A stretch of DNA of 64,000 nt from an uncultured Thermoplasmata archaeon (GCA_964015055.1 CAXHBG010000001.1:730-64729); one strand, 5' to 3'; positions 1 through 9,143 are shown, numbered from the stretch's first letter. The notes: a model not told the origin generated them from the sequence alone. Numbers and translations: made by a program.

Positions 1-1
1 T

Positions 2-346
2 CCAAAAATATCATTAATTGTTGTTGATACAATAAATGCATACGTTAGATTATCTTATCTTAAGAATAAGGAACTATCCTCTCGTCAATTTCTAGAGATG
101 ACTTCTATTTTACAACCTCTAGCTGAAAAAGGCGATTATCCAGTTTTAATTTCAGCACAAGTTTTTGAAAAAGATGGAGAAATAGGGCCTTATTTTGGCA
201 AATCTTTGATGCATCTTTCAAAAACAATTATACACTTAGAAAGAACGAAGAGAGCTAGCTTTAGACAAATTAGATTGAAAAAGCACAGATCGCTTCCTGA
301 AGAATTAGTAGAAAGCTTTATTCTCACAAACAATGGCTTAGAATAA
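2..346 (+). CDS. RecA-superfamily ATPase (RadB/KaiC-like), 3' portion; 5' end lies outside the window
   Basis: The frame is open from position 2 and runs into the listed ORF 98..346. The translated upstream part reads PKISLIVVDTINAY, and VLISAQV resembles the RadA/RadB xTNQV motif. The C-terminal FILTNNGLE resembles RadB/KaiC C-termini. Confidence 0.4.
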   Translation, partial: PKISLIVVDTINAYVRLSYLKNKELSSRQFLEMTSILQPLAEKGDYPVLISAQVFEKDGEIGPYFGKSLMHLSKTIIHLERTKRASFRQIRLKKHRSLPEELVESFILTNNGLE

Positions 347-383
347 ACTCAACTCTTTAATTCTGCCACCATTCTATTGTAAT

Positions 384-1877
384 ATGTCAGATTATGATAA
401 TTTTATTGACCGCGTTAAAGAATTGAGCCTAATTGGTAGCCTATCAGGAATAATGGGCTGGGATCAGGAAACAATGATGCCTCCTAAGGGAGGTAAGTTG
501 CGTTCAGAGGTGATGGCTTTTCTTTCAAGCCAAGCACATTCAAGAATAACCGATCCTGAGATGGGAAATTTAATTTCATCATTAGAATCCCAGAATTTGA
601 GCGCTGAACAGGCAGCTAATGTTCGTGAAATCAAGGAGTCTTATGAAAAGGCTACTAAACTTCCAGCAGAATTAGTTGAAGAAAAAGCAAGACATAAGTC
701 AAAGTCATTGAGGATATGGCAAGAAGCTAGATCTGAGAATGATTTTGCTAAGTTTCTCCCGTACCTTGAGAAATCTGTAGAATTAAATTGCCAAACTGCT
801 GAGCATTATGGTTATGAGGATAATATCTATGATGCACTCCTAGATATCTATGAATCTGGAATGACAGTTAAGCAGTTAGATCCGTTATTCTCAGGTTTGA
901 GGGAGGCTATAGTTCCCTTAGTAAAAGCAGTTGGAGAAAGTTCTAATCAACCAGATACAAGTTTTTTAGATATAGGCAATTTCTCAGAAGAAAAGCAGAG
1001 AGAATTTTCACTTAAGGTAGCTGAAGGAATTGGTTTTGATTTTGAGGCAGGCAGAATGGATACTTCCACTCACCCATTTTGTTCAGGTGCAGGTCCTAAT
1101 GATGTTCGTTTTACAACTAGATATGATGAAGAATTTCCATTTGGTTGTTTGTATGGTGTGATGCATGAAACCGGGCACGGAACATACGAGCAAGGATTAT
1201 TGGAGGAACATGAAGGAACTCCTATGGGGAAGGCTGTTTCACTTGGAGTACACGAATCCCAATCAAGGATGTGGGAAAATATGGTTGGACGTAGTAGGGA
1301 ATTCTGGCAATTTTATATCAATGATTTCAAGGCATGCTTCCCACATTTGCCTGAGGATTTGGATGTAGATACGTTGCACAGAGCAGTTAACACAGTTCAA
1401 CCATCTCTAATTAGAGTGGAATCAGATGAGGCAACCTACAATCTCCACATTATGGTTAGATACGAAATTGAGAAAGAGCTAGTTAATGGTGAAATTAATG
1501 TTTCAGATTTACCAGATGTTTGGAATTCGAAAATGGAAGAATATTTGGGTATTACTCCACCTAACGATACTAAGGGCGTACTTCAGGATATTCACTGGTC
1601 CATGGGTGCAATTGGTTATTTTCCAACATACACATTAGGGAATTTATACGCAGCTCAGCTTTATGCAGCGGCTCTTGCAGATGATCCAAGTATTCCAAGT
1701 AAAATAGCCAAGGGAGAATTTAGAGTACTGTTAGACTGGATGAGAAGTCACATTCACGTTCACGGTTCTAAGTTAACACCTTCAGATTTAATTACAGAAG
1801 CTACTGGAAAAGAACCAAGTAGTGATGATTTTATTGAGTATTTAACATCAAAATATTCTAAAATATATAATTTGTAA
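384..1877 (+). CDS. M32 family carboxypeptidase (carboxypeptidase Taq-like)
   Basis: M32 signature motifs are present: HPF, DVRFTTRY, HETGH (HEXXH), GVHESQS, IRVESDE, and GVLQDIHWS. Confidence 0.85.
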   Translation: MSDYDNFIDRVKELSLIGSLSGIMGWDQETMMPPKGGKLRSEVMAFLSSQAHSRITDPEMGNLISSLESQNLSAEQAANVREIKESYEKATKLPAELVEEKARHKSKSLRIWQEARSENDFAKFLPYLEKSVELNCQTAEHYGYEDNIYDALLDIYESGMTVKQLDPLFSGLREAIVPLVKAVGESSNQPDTSFLDIGNFSEEKQREFSLKVAEGIGFDFEAGRMDTSTHPFCSGAGPNDVRFTTRYDEEFPFGCLYGVMHETGHGTYEQGLLEEHEGTPMGKAVSLGVHESQSRMWENMVGRSREFWQFYINDFKACFPHLPEDLDVDTLHRAVNTVQPSLIRVESDEATYNLHIMVRYEIEKELVNGEINVSDLPDVWNSKMEEYLGITPPNDTKGVLQDIHWSMGAIGYFPTYTLGNLYAAQLYAAALADDPSIPSKIAKGEFRVLLDWMRSHIHVHGSKLTPSDLITEATGKEPSSDDFIEYLTSKYSKIYNL

Positions 1878-1879
1878 AA

Positions 1880-1955
1880 TGGTAGCCCCCCTCGGATTCG
1901 AACCGAGGTCTCAGGCTCCAAAGGCCTGAATGATGGACCGCTACACTAGGGGGCT
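1880..1955 (-). tRNA. tRNA-Gln (anticodon UUG), 76 nt with encoded CCA
   Basis: I folded the cloverleaf by hand. The acceptor stem AGCCCCC/GGGGGCT has 7 bp. The T-arm is CTCGG-TTCGAAT-CCGAG. The anticodon stem CAGGC/GCCTG carries the loop CTTTGGA, with U33 and G37 flanking TTG. The discriminator is A73 and the variable loop is 4 nt. Confidence 0.75.
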
Positions 1956-2034
1956 TCATTTGGTCTAGAGACAGGTGGCTTTAGAAATATTCCCCGTAAG
2001 CAACAATTAATAAAGGTCTCCTAGTGCAATAACA

Positions 2035-2292
2035 ATGACAGCTGGTGATAGGTTTATGAAAAAGGTCAGTGACTACTACAATGACTTGGGATATCCTGTC
2101 ACTTGGGAAGGTGAGGGTTCTAAACGTAGTCTTGAAGTCCAATTTAAAGCAGAATCAGGATATTTTACTTCTATGATATTTTCACCTAGTGGAAATGATA
2201 TAATTATCAAGGATGAATGGGGTCGTGAACAGAAAATAAAGGCTACAAAAGGAAACCTTGATATGATTAAGTCTTGGTCAGAACACCGTTAA
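2035..2292 (+). CDS. hypothetical small protein (85 aa)
   Basis: ORF only; no recognisable motif. Confidence 0.3.
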   Translation: MTAGDRFMKKVSDYYNDLGYPVTWEGEGSKRSLEVQFKAESGYFTSMIFSPSGNDIIIKDEWGREQKIKATKGNLDMIKSWSEHR

Positions 2293-2936
2293 TTCGGTAT
2301 TTTACTCATACTTTTCGCGTTAGGTCTTGCTTTAATCTCTAGATTAATTAATTTTTCGTCTTTGAAGTTAAAAATCCAAGGCTCACACCATCCAATTTCA
2401 GTTTTTAGAATTTCCTCTGGAGTGAAATTTTTGAGTGCCATTACAATCGCTCTAATACTATTTCCATGAGCACTTACAATGATATTTTCACCTGCGTATA
2501 CTCGAGGTAAAATCTTTTCATTAAGATAGGGTATTACTCTATCTGCAGTATCTTTTAGTGATTCACCGCCTGGAGGTGGAATATCATAACTTCTTCTCCA
2601 GATTTGGACTTGCTCATCTCCAAATTTTCTAGCAGCTTCAGCTTTATTCTGGCCGACTAAGTCACCATAATCTCTTTCGTTTAGGGCTAAATCTTTTTCA
2701 ATCTTAATAGATTCTTGTCCTATTCCTTTTAGAATGAGACTCAAGGTGTCATTTGCCCTTTTAAGTTTTGAAGTAAAAGCCATATCAAAATTATAGTCTT
2801 CTAGTAAATCAACAGCTTGCTTAGCCTCAGCTACTCCTTGCTCATTTAGATCTACATCTTTCCATCCGGTAAACCTGTTTTGATCATTGTAAACAGATAA
2901 TCCGTGTCTCACTAAAATTAGTTTCCCGCTCTTCAT
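2289..2936 (-). CDS. gpmA: histidine-phosphatase superfamily protein, 2,3-BPG-dependent phosphoglycerate mutase-like
   Basis: The N-terminal LVRHGLSVYN is the RHG catalytic motif. WRRSYDIPPPGGESL and the overall length fit dPGM. Confidence 0.7.
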   Translation of the reverse strand: MKSGKLILVRHGLSVYNDQNRFTGWKDVDLNEQGVAEAKQAVDLLEDYNFDMAFTSKLKRANDTLSLILKGIGQESIKIEKDLALNERDYGDLVGQNKAEAARKFGDEQVQIWRRSYDIPPPGGESLKDTADRVIPYLNEKILPRVYAGENIIVSAHGNSIRAIVMALKNFTPEEILKTEIGWCEPWIFNFKDEKLINLEIKARPNAKSMSKIPN

Positions 2937-2938
2937 GA

Positions 2939-3925
2939 CTAGTTATATTTTTCTATGGAAGTTTGTCCATATTTAGGTAACGGCTGTGCGTGTATTCCTA
3001 ATTGTTTTTGAATTTGTTTTGCTAATTCCTTTGTGGATCCGTGCACTGTATAAACTTGTTTAGGGTTACATTCTTCTACAAATTTCATAGTTCCACTGAA
3101 GTCGGAATGGTCACTTATTGGAAATCCCGCATCTACACTTCTTAGTGCCCATTCAGAAAAAGCACACCATCCAGAAACTCTTGCTGTTTTAGCACCTTTT
3201 TTTCTCATATTTTGTACAGCTTCATCCTGTTTTTTACCATTAGCTGCAGTAGTTGATGTAACCAATAACTCAACAGTTTTTTGTTCATTTTCATTCAAAT
3301 CAGAGTAGGTATTGTATTCCAGTTTTACTCCATTTCTTTTGTAAATCTCACTAACAGAAGCAACAACGTCAGAAACTACAGGAGTTACGCCGCCTATATT
3401 TGCAGTTGCAATTATTTCCTGAGCTTTTCCCAAGGAGTAAGCACCAATTATTGCACCTTCTTTTGCCGATGTAGCCATTATCCACGCTTGTAAATCACTA
3501 AGTACTTCATTTCTGTCAGGCAATACTTGGTCTGGCTTTCCGTATGTAGATTCAACAATTAAAGTATCACAGTCTTGTGGCTTAGCAACTCCAGCAGTTA
3601 CAGTTCCATATGGATTGTAATCTCCAGTATAGAGTACACCTTCACAGTCAATCATTGCTGATCCTACAACATGTCCTGCTGAAACAAATTCTAGTTCAAA
3701 ATCATTTATCTTAAATTTTTCGTGGAATTTATGTGTTGTCGCTTCTTTAGATCCCGTTCTTGCTATCATCACATCTTTCGTAGGCTCAGTCATGTGAGTT
3801 TTTGGTCTTAAGTGATCAGAATGACCGTGGCTTACAGCACCGTCTGGCCTCCCACTTGAAGGATCAAGATATATTGCTCTTTTATCTCTCTTCAAGCAGA
3901 TACCTTTGTAATCAAAAACTTCCAC
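2939..3925 (-). CDS. metallo-beta-lactamase fold hydrolase, beta-CASP-like nuclease
   Basis: HGHSDH (HxHxDH) lies near the N-terminus. DHSDFSG and a C-terminal VHGSTKEL resemble beta-CASP motifs B and C. There is a 2-nt gap to the downstream gene and a 1-nt overlap with the upstream gene. Confidence 0.6.
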   Translation of the reverse strand: MEVFDYKGICLKRDKRAIYLDPSSGRPDGAVSHGHSDHLRPKTHMTEPTKDVMIARTGSKEATTHKFHEKFKINDFELEFVSAGHVVGSAMIDCEGVLYTGDYNPYGTVTAGVAKPQDCDTLIVESTYGKPDQVLPDRNEVLSDLQAWIMATSAKEGAIIGAYSLGKAQEIIATANIGGVTPVVSDVVASVSEIYKRNGVKLEYNTYSDLNENEQKTVELLVTSTTAANGKKQDEAVQNMRKKGAKTARVSGWCAFSEWALRSVDAGFPISDHSDFSGTMKFVEECNPKQVYTVHGSTKELAKQIQKQLGIHAQPLPKYGQTSIEKYN

Positions 3926-4449
3926 TAATTTACACCTTTAAGACTAAAAGAATACCTTGCAGGCTCTCTCCATCTGTGGCCTGTTAAATATCCGCATAAT
4001 TTACAATTAAATCCAATTGCTACCTTTCCACCATAAAGCGTTGCGTTGTGGACTTTCTTCAATGGTGAAGTACATACTGGACACGGCTGGCCTGGAGATG
4101 CAAATTCACCTCTATGATGCTTATGCCCACTCTGATCCTCACCTGGCCGTATTCTTCTCCATCTTTTTACTACAGGATCATAGCCTAATCCTTGTCTTCT
4201 GAAGGTATTCTCATCATTTTCAGGTCCAGCTCCCACTGAACGGGTCCTTATCCCTAGTTTAACTTTCTTTGATTTTACTGCTATAATTCTCATTCTTTCA
4301 GCTGAAAGCTTGTATGTTTTATCTATTTTTTTAAGGTGAGCAATTACAAGTCTGTGCATCTTAGTTTGAGTATCTATACTCCCCCTACTTTTTAGGACGC
4401 TTAAGACAGCTTTCACTATCACTTTTTTAGTAGGTTTTCGATACTCCAT
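3925..4449 (-). CDS. basic zinc-ribbon protein, probable nucleic-acid binding
   Basis: The sequence is rich in K/R. CPVC...CKLC forms a Cys4 zinc-ribbon pattern. It is translationally coupled to the MBL nuclease. Confidence 0.5.
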   Translation of the reverse strand: MEYRKPTKKVIVKAVLSVLKSRGSIDTQTKMHRLVIAHLKKIDKTYKLSAERMRIIAVKSKKVKLGIRTRSVGAGPENDENTFRRQGLGYDPVVKRWRRIRPGEDQSGHKHHRGEFASPGQPCPVCTSPLKKVHNATLYGGKVAIGFNCKLCGYLTGHRWREPARYSFSLKGVN

Positions 4450-4542
4450 TAATTGCCTATCAGAACTGAATGTTAAAGCTTGTTGGACCTGTAGTAATTT
4501 TTATATTCCATTACAACAAGGGGTATACAACCGGAGGTTGAT

Positions 4543-5202
4543 ATGTCATTTGATGAAGTAGACGAATTATTCTATTTGTTAGAGAACCCAACTAGACGTC
4601 GAATTTTACAATTATTGTCTGTAGAAAGGCTGTATCCTTTACAGTTGTCCAAGGAAATAGATGTCACTCAACAGGCAGTTGTAAAACATTTGAGAATCCT
4701 AGAAGATCATGGCTTAGTAAAATCAAGAGATGAGCCTAGTCGAAGAGGGCCAAATCGAAGAGTTTACAAAGCATCGAGGGACGTTTCCCTTCACATAGAC
4801 ATTGGTCCTTCAACTTACAAACAGAAAGCAGAAACGGATTTTGACGTATCAGACTTATCAGACCAGCATAGAAGAGTCTTAGACGCTATAGCTGAATCAG
4901 AAAATATGGATTCAAGAGCTCGTATGGACCTTCTATCGAGAGTCTCTGAAGATTTAAAACAATCTATAGATGAAGTAGAATCTGAGAGAAGAAGTCTAAT
5001 GGCCTTAATGGGAGAATTGAATCGAAAAATTATATCAACGACTCAAGATGCAGACTGTACTTATCATGAAAGGAGGCTATTACATCACATACTTCACAAT
5101 AGAGATTATACTATAGAAAGTGCAGCAGCATCTTTGGGACTTCGTGAAGCTGAAGTTCGTATTATCTTGGAAAGTTTACAACACAGAGGTTTAACTCGTT
5201 AA
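4543..5202 (+). CDS. ArsR-family winged-helix transcriptional regulator with C-terminal helical domain
   Basis: LENPTRRRILQLL...QQAVVKHLRILEDHGLV matches the ArsR HTH consensus. Confidence 0.65.
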   Translation: MSFDEVDELFYLLENPTRRRILQLLSVERLYPLQLSKEIDVTQQAVVKHLRILEDHGLVKSRDEPSRRGPNRRVYKASRDVSLHIDIGPSTYKQKAETDFDVSDLSDQHRRVLDAIAESENMDSRARMDLLSRVSEDLKQSIDEVESERRSLMALMGELNRKIISTTQDADCTYHERRLLHHILHNRDYTIESAAASLGLREAEVRIILESLQHRGLTR

Positions 5203-5248
5203 TTATCCGCATATCTTATATAGAATGCTAAAATATTAAAAGCCTAAG

Positions 5249-5779
5249 ATGGACGCTCTTCGGAAAATTTTACTTGCAATAGTTGCAATATCATTGTTCT
5301 TGCCTATCGCGCAAGCTGAAGACAAAATTTATCGCGTTGAAGGTTTACCTGAAGATTTGCACTATTCTACAGGAAAATCTTACGAGATTGTACTAACTGC
5401 AAATGATTATGCTTCAATTTCAGAAGTTAACATAAGCGTTACGAATGGATCTCTTAGTTCCACAGATTCATTTGAACCGGATGTATTCAACTTAATTCTA
5501 GAATCAAGTGATGAGGGATGGACTTTTTTCTGGCAAGCGCCCACCCAATCTTTTAGCTTAGGAGAAGGTAATTCTTTAATGGCTATAATTTTCACAGACA
5601 CAAACGGTCAAGTGTGGTCATCGTACGAGTCTATGCTTAGATCGCCAAAAATAATATCTCACAGTACGTCAGGAGTTCCTGACTGGGCAAATTCATTAGC
5701 ATGGGCTGGAGTTAGTATTACAGTTTTATGCTCGGTTGCAGGTTCTTATGTTCTCAGAAGAGATAAAATTAAGGAATAA
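5249..5779 (+). CDS. exported protein with N-terminal signal peptide and C-terminal membrane anchor
   Basis: A hydrophobic N-terminus ends in AQA. A C-terminal hydrophobic helix is followed by RRDKIKE. Confidence 0.5.
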   Translation: MDALRKILLAIVAISLFLPIAQAEDKIYRVEGLPEDLHYSTGKSYEIVLTANDYASISEVNISVTNGSLSSTDSFEPDVFNLILESSDEGWTFFWQAPTQSFSLGEGNSLMAIIFTDTNGQVWSSYESMLRSPKIISHSTSGVPDWANSLAWAGVSITVLCSVAGSYVLRRDKIKE

Positions 5780-5789
5780 TTTTTGTAAC

Positions 5790-5840
5790 GCAAGGTATAT
5801 ATGCTCATTCAACAGTCTATTAGTCTGACTTAGGTCAGAG
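5790..5840 (+). promoter_or_regulatory. putative archaeal promoter (TATA-like GTATATAT) plus 6-bp inverted repeat CTGAC-TTAG-GTCAG at the predicted transcription start of the pilin gene
   Basis: The AT-rich TATA-like element at 5796-5802 lies about 48 nt upstream of the ATG at 5850. The palindrome sits at 5824-5839. Confidence 0.35.
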
Positions 5841-5849
5841 GACACAACA

Positions 5850-6353
5850 ATGCAAAGAAGAATTGTAAAAGATGAGCAGGCAGTATCTCCTGTAATTGCG
5901 GTTATTTTGATGGTCGCTATTACAGTGGTTTTGGCTGCAGTATTGTACGTTTGGGCTAGCAGTTTCCTTGGTGGTACAACCAAGAACGCACCAACCGGCA
6001 GTATGATAGCTAGCGAAGATGGAAGTGGAGTCTGGACGGTTCAGATCGTCAAGATTAACCCGCAAGTTTCCGTAAACTCTGTACACTGGTACTTACTAGA
6101 TGTACAAGGAAACACTAAGACTGATGGCTTAGTTTCTGATGTCTACGGATATTACTCTGGTCAGGGTAAAGCTGTAGTCTTCATTGACAACGACTTCAAC
6201 GGTAAGTTGAGCCCAGGTGACAAATTTGAAGTTCACCCAGGTGAAGCTGGTTCCGATTTGGAAAGTGTAACTGACGTAAGTGATTACTCCTTCCGTATGA
6301 AGTTCGAGCCTACTGGTGACGTAATCGGATACGATATAGGTCTACAATCATAG
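5850..6353 (+). CDS. archaeal type IV pilin-like protein (class III signal peptide, DUF1628-like N-terminus)
   Basis: The N-terminus MQRRIVKDEQAVSPVIAVILMVAITVVLAAVLYVW carries a charged prepilin-type leader, an AVSPVI motif and a hydrophobic helix. The gene is monocistronic and is followed by a strong terminator. Confidence 0.7.
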   Translation: MQRRIVKDEQAVSPVIAVILMVAITVVLAAVLYVWASSFLGGTTKNAPTGSMIASEDGSGVWTVQIVKINPQVSVNSVHWYLLDVQGNTKTDGLVSDVYGYYSGQGKAVVFIDNDFNGKLSPGDKFEVHPGEAGSDLESVTDVSDYSFRMKFEPTGDVIGYDIGLQS

Positions 6354-6400
6354 ACTTAGGTCACCAAATTTAGAGTGGGATTAGTTTCACTCGAAGGTAA

Positions 6401-6440
6401 CTCGGGGGCTTCGGCCCCCATTTACCAAATTTTTATTTTT
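6401..6440. terminator. GC hairpin GGGGGC-TTCG-GCCCCC followed by a T-rich tract, between convergent genes
   Basis: A perfect 6-bp GC stem lies at 6404-6419. It is followed by TTTACCAAATTTTTATTTTTTT, and archaeal termination occurs at oligo-T. Confidence 0.5.
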
Positions 6441-7622
6441 TTAATCTAACCAAGGCACGCGTTGAATCGGTTTTGCACCTTCACAGATTCCTTCTCTTAC
6501 GATTGCATTAGGAAAAAGAGACTTCACTACGTCTTCGATGGTTTGATTTTTTGGTTTTTTACCAATTTCTAATTTCTCATTGTTGAGTATTGCGTTCGGA
6601 TATTTTTTCAAAAATTCGATTGCTCCGTCTTCCCAAGGGGCTGGGCCCTTGTGTGATACTATCTCAGGTAGTTTTCGCATTCCAGTTTCCAGAACAATAT
6701 AACCTTCACTACCCATATTTGCATTCCATGCAATAGGTTCAAAGTCATGAAGCGCTCTGTATATTTTCCTTCCTTGTTTCTGCAACCATGGCATTACGGT
6801 TTCTTCATTTTCTCCTGGAAGTGGTAAAATAATACTTGTCAGATTCCCTTGAAACTCTCTTTCCTTGTAATTAGGGAAAAAGAAATTATGTGATGGTTTA
6901 TCAAGAAACGATTTAGAAGCTAAAATGGCAGTTCCGAGTCCTTTCAAAGTTACTCCTGCAGCTACATTTCTTTTATCATCTACAGGATCACAAATCATCA
7001 CTGGAGATTCAGGAGTTTTCATTTTGTCAATAATAATTGGAGGCCTCCATTGGGACATTTCTTTTATTAGTTTTAAGAATCCTCCATATTTTATGCAAAG
7101 TATTTCTACTAAATAACCTGAAAATCCACCTACTGCAGAATTTGCACCATAAGCCCCAACAGCTTTTAGGAACTGTTTTGTTAGTCTTACCTCATTTTCT
7201 AACTCATTTATATTGGATATTACCCAATCAGTATGAAATGGCGTTCTATCCACTGCAGACACAGATTGAGTAGAGTCCTCTATTGCATAACAAGGTACTA
7301 GATCTATTCCTATACCATCTATTTCTCCTCTCAAATAGGGGTGCTGTGCGTAGAGTTCTTTACCGTTGGGTAGTATTTTCCTTGCCACGGCCAAGCCTTC
7401 TTTTTTCAAATCTGATCCCTTTTGAAATTTTAAAAAAATGTCAATGTCAGCTCCGGTCAGAAAAGTTCCTTTTGCTATCGATCCTACAACTTTAGGCTCA
7501 AAAGTCGACATTTCTAAAGCCTTTATTTTATTAAGAATGTTATCTCTTAAATTTATTATTTTTTCTTTTTCTTCAACTTTAGGTTGGACCTCTTTTAAGG
7601 CTTCTCTGATTATATCCTTCAC
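6441..7622 (-). CDS. cca: CCA-adding tRNA nucleotidyltransferase (archaeal class I)
   Basis: GSIAKGTFLTGADIDIF is the class I nucleotidyltransferase motif. The length and overall pattern are typical of archaeal CCA enzymes. Confidence 0.85.
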   Translation of the reverse strand: MKDIIREALKEVQPKVEEKEKIINLRDNILNKIKALEMSTFEPKVVGSIAKGTFLTGADIDIFLKFQKGSDLKKEGLAVARKILPNGKELYAQHPYLRGEIDGIGIDLVPCYAIEDSTQSVSAVDRTPFHTDWVISNINELENEVRLTKQFLKAVGAYGANSAVGGFSGYLVEILCIKYGGFLKLIKEMSQWRPPIIIDKMKTPESPVMICDPVDDKRNVAAGVTLKGLGTAILASKSFLDKPSHNFFFPNYKEREFQGNLTSIILPLPGENEETVMPWLQKQGRKIYRALHDFEPIAWNANMGSEGYIVLETGMRKLPEIVSHKGPAPWEDGAIEFLKKYPNAILNNEKLEIGKKPKNQTIEDVVKSLFPNAIVREGICEGAKPIQRVPWLD

Positions 7623-8122
7623 TCTTCTTCATCTGCATGGCTCACTTTACCTTTGCGCCATGCTTTTATTCTTTCTTTTTCGGCTCTTTTCCTTAAAGTT
7701 TCAATGTCATCTTTAACGGGAAGGAATATAGGAATTATGAATATTATAAGTCCGATAATTAGACATAATAATCCCCATAATATTTGTCTACCTGTAGTTA
7801 GGGCCTCTAAGAATAGAGAAAGGAGTACAAGAGATATAATGGTGGATATCCAAATTATTTTTCTGAATGCCTTTTCAGAAATGACGTATTTATCTTTTTC
7901 CTCTAGTATTTCAACTGAGAAATCAGCACTCGGAATTACTATATCTTCTTCTTTGCTAACCGGCCTCTCGGCTTTTAATTTTCGTAAGTAAAGGTGACCA
8001 GCTATTCCAGAAATTACAAATGTAGCTTGGCCGTATCCGGGGTCTCCAGCAGCCGTTGCAGCCCAAACAGCGTATAGCATAGTTAGCCAAATAGTCACTA
8101 TTATTGTATTATACAAATCCAT
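7619..8122 (-). CDS. polytopic membrane protein, last gene of the complex III-associated operon
   Basis: I trimmed the start to MDLYNTII to avoid a 67-nt overlap with the upstream gene. There are several hydrophobic helices. Confidence 0.45.
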   Translation of the reverse strand: MDLYNTIIVTIWLTMLYAVWAATAAGDPGYGQATFVISGIAGHLYLRKLKAERPVSKEEDIVIPSADFSVEILEEKDKYVISEKAFRKIIWISTIISLVLLSLFLEALTTGRQILWGLLCLIIGLIIFIIPIFLPVKDDIETLRKRAEKERIKAWRKGKVSHADEEE

Positions 8123-8132
8123 GTTCAAAATC

Positions 8133-9143
8133 TTAGACTTTACTTTCCATGGTAATTGCTTCAACAGGACAAGCAAATGCACAAAGAGTACATCCGACAC
8201 AAGTATCGTTCAAAATTAAAGCTTTTTTGGATTCAAACTGAGATGTTCTTGCGTTTAACTGCCAAGAAATCATATCAATTGATGCAAAGTTACAATAGTA
8301 AACACATTGAGTACAACCTATGCATTTTTCATTATTAACTAAGGCAATGAAATCTTTACCTTGAGGAAGAGATTTGAGAGTAATTTTTCTCAATTCTTTA
8401 AACATTTCCTTAGCTTTTTCTATACCTGTTGTAGGCAATTCCTCATTATCTAAAGCTTCTTTAACTCTCTTGAGCCACTTATTTGGTTTGTGAAAGAAAA
8501 GGGATGTAGTTCCCATTGCCTGATATGCAGTGGTACCTGCACTTTCTTCTAGAACAGTTTCAGCTTCAGACTCTACTACTGCCCCAGAGGCAAAAGAAGT
8601 CATACTTTCAACTAAATCTGACTGAAACGCACCATCACTATCTACACAAGCTAGCTTAGACATCGCTCCGTTCATCCATTGGTCAGCAGGATCTTCGAAA
8701 TCAACATCGCAATCTACTCTGTCGTGAATTCTGGAACCGCCCATGTCTTCCATAGTCTTGTCCCAATCTTTTCCGGATTGACAGAATAAATCATAACCTG
8801 TATCGCCAAGTGCACAAATTGAGAAATGAGTGTTGGTTAGTATTTTGCCAACACCTACCGCAGCTTCGTACAATTCTTCCGCATTATCTGGCATTTCTCC
8901 TTCTCCCCATGTTGAACAGACAATCATTACTCTGGACATTCCCGACATTGAATTGATATCAAAACCGTCCATGTCGTGAACGGTTGGATTCAATCCGTAT
9001 TTGGAAGCCTCTTTCTTCCATTTTCCTGCAAGTCCTTCGGAGTTGCCGCTTTGGGAGCCGTACAAAATATGTAAGTCGCGATTTCCTTCTGTTGCAAATG
9101 CAGTAATATCTACATCAGACACTATTTTCCATCCTCTAAACAA
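8133..9143 (-). CDS. flavodoxin-like FMN domain fused to a 2x[4Fe-4S] ferredoxin domain
   Basis: The N-terminal ILYGSQSGNSEGLA is the flavodoxin FMN loop. The C-terminus has CIGCTQCVYYC and CVGCTLCAFACP cluster motifs. Confidence 0.7.
   Translation of the reverse strand: MFRGWKIVSDVDITAFATEGNRDLHILYGSQSGNSEGLAGKWKKEASKYGLNPTVHDMDGFDINSMSGMSRVMIVCSTWGEGEMPDNAEELYEAAVGVGKILTNTHFSICALGDTGYDLFCQSGKDWDKTMEDMGGSRIHDRVDCDVDFEDPADQWMNGAMSKLACVDSDGAFQSDLVESMTSFASGAVVESEAETVLEESAGTTAYQAMGTTSLFFHKPNKWLKRVKEALDNEELPTTGIEKAKEMFKELRKITLKSLPQGKDFIALVNNEKCIGCTQCVYYCNFASIDMISWQLNARTSQFESKKALILNDTCVGCTLCAFACPVEAITMESKV

Noticed and set aside
1165-1368. 67-aa ORF in an alternative frame inside the M32 carboxypeptidase gene
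   Set aside because: It is in the same orientation but a different frame, overlapping conserved M32 motifs. It is a frame artefact.
1956-2034. Possible integration site or integrase next to tRNA-Gln
   Set aside because: There is no integrase-like ORF, no duplicated tRNA 3' segment and no compositional shift downstream. The adjacent genes are ordinary.
8123-8200. Long start of the terminal membrane protein overlapping the flavodoxin-ferredoxin gene by 67 nt
   Set aside because: The internal Met (MDLYNTII) at 8122 removes the overlap and begins directly at the first TM helix.
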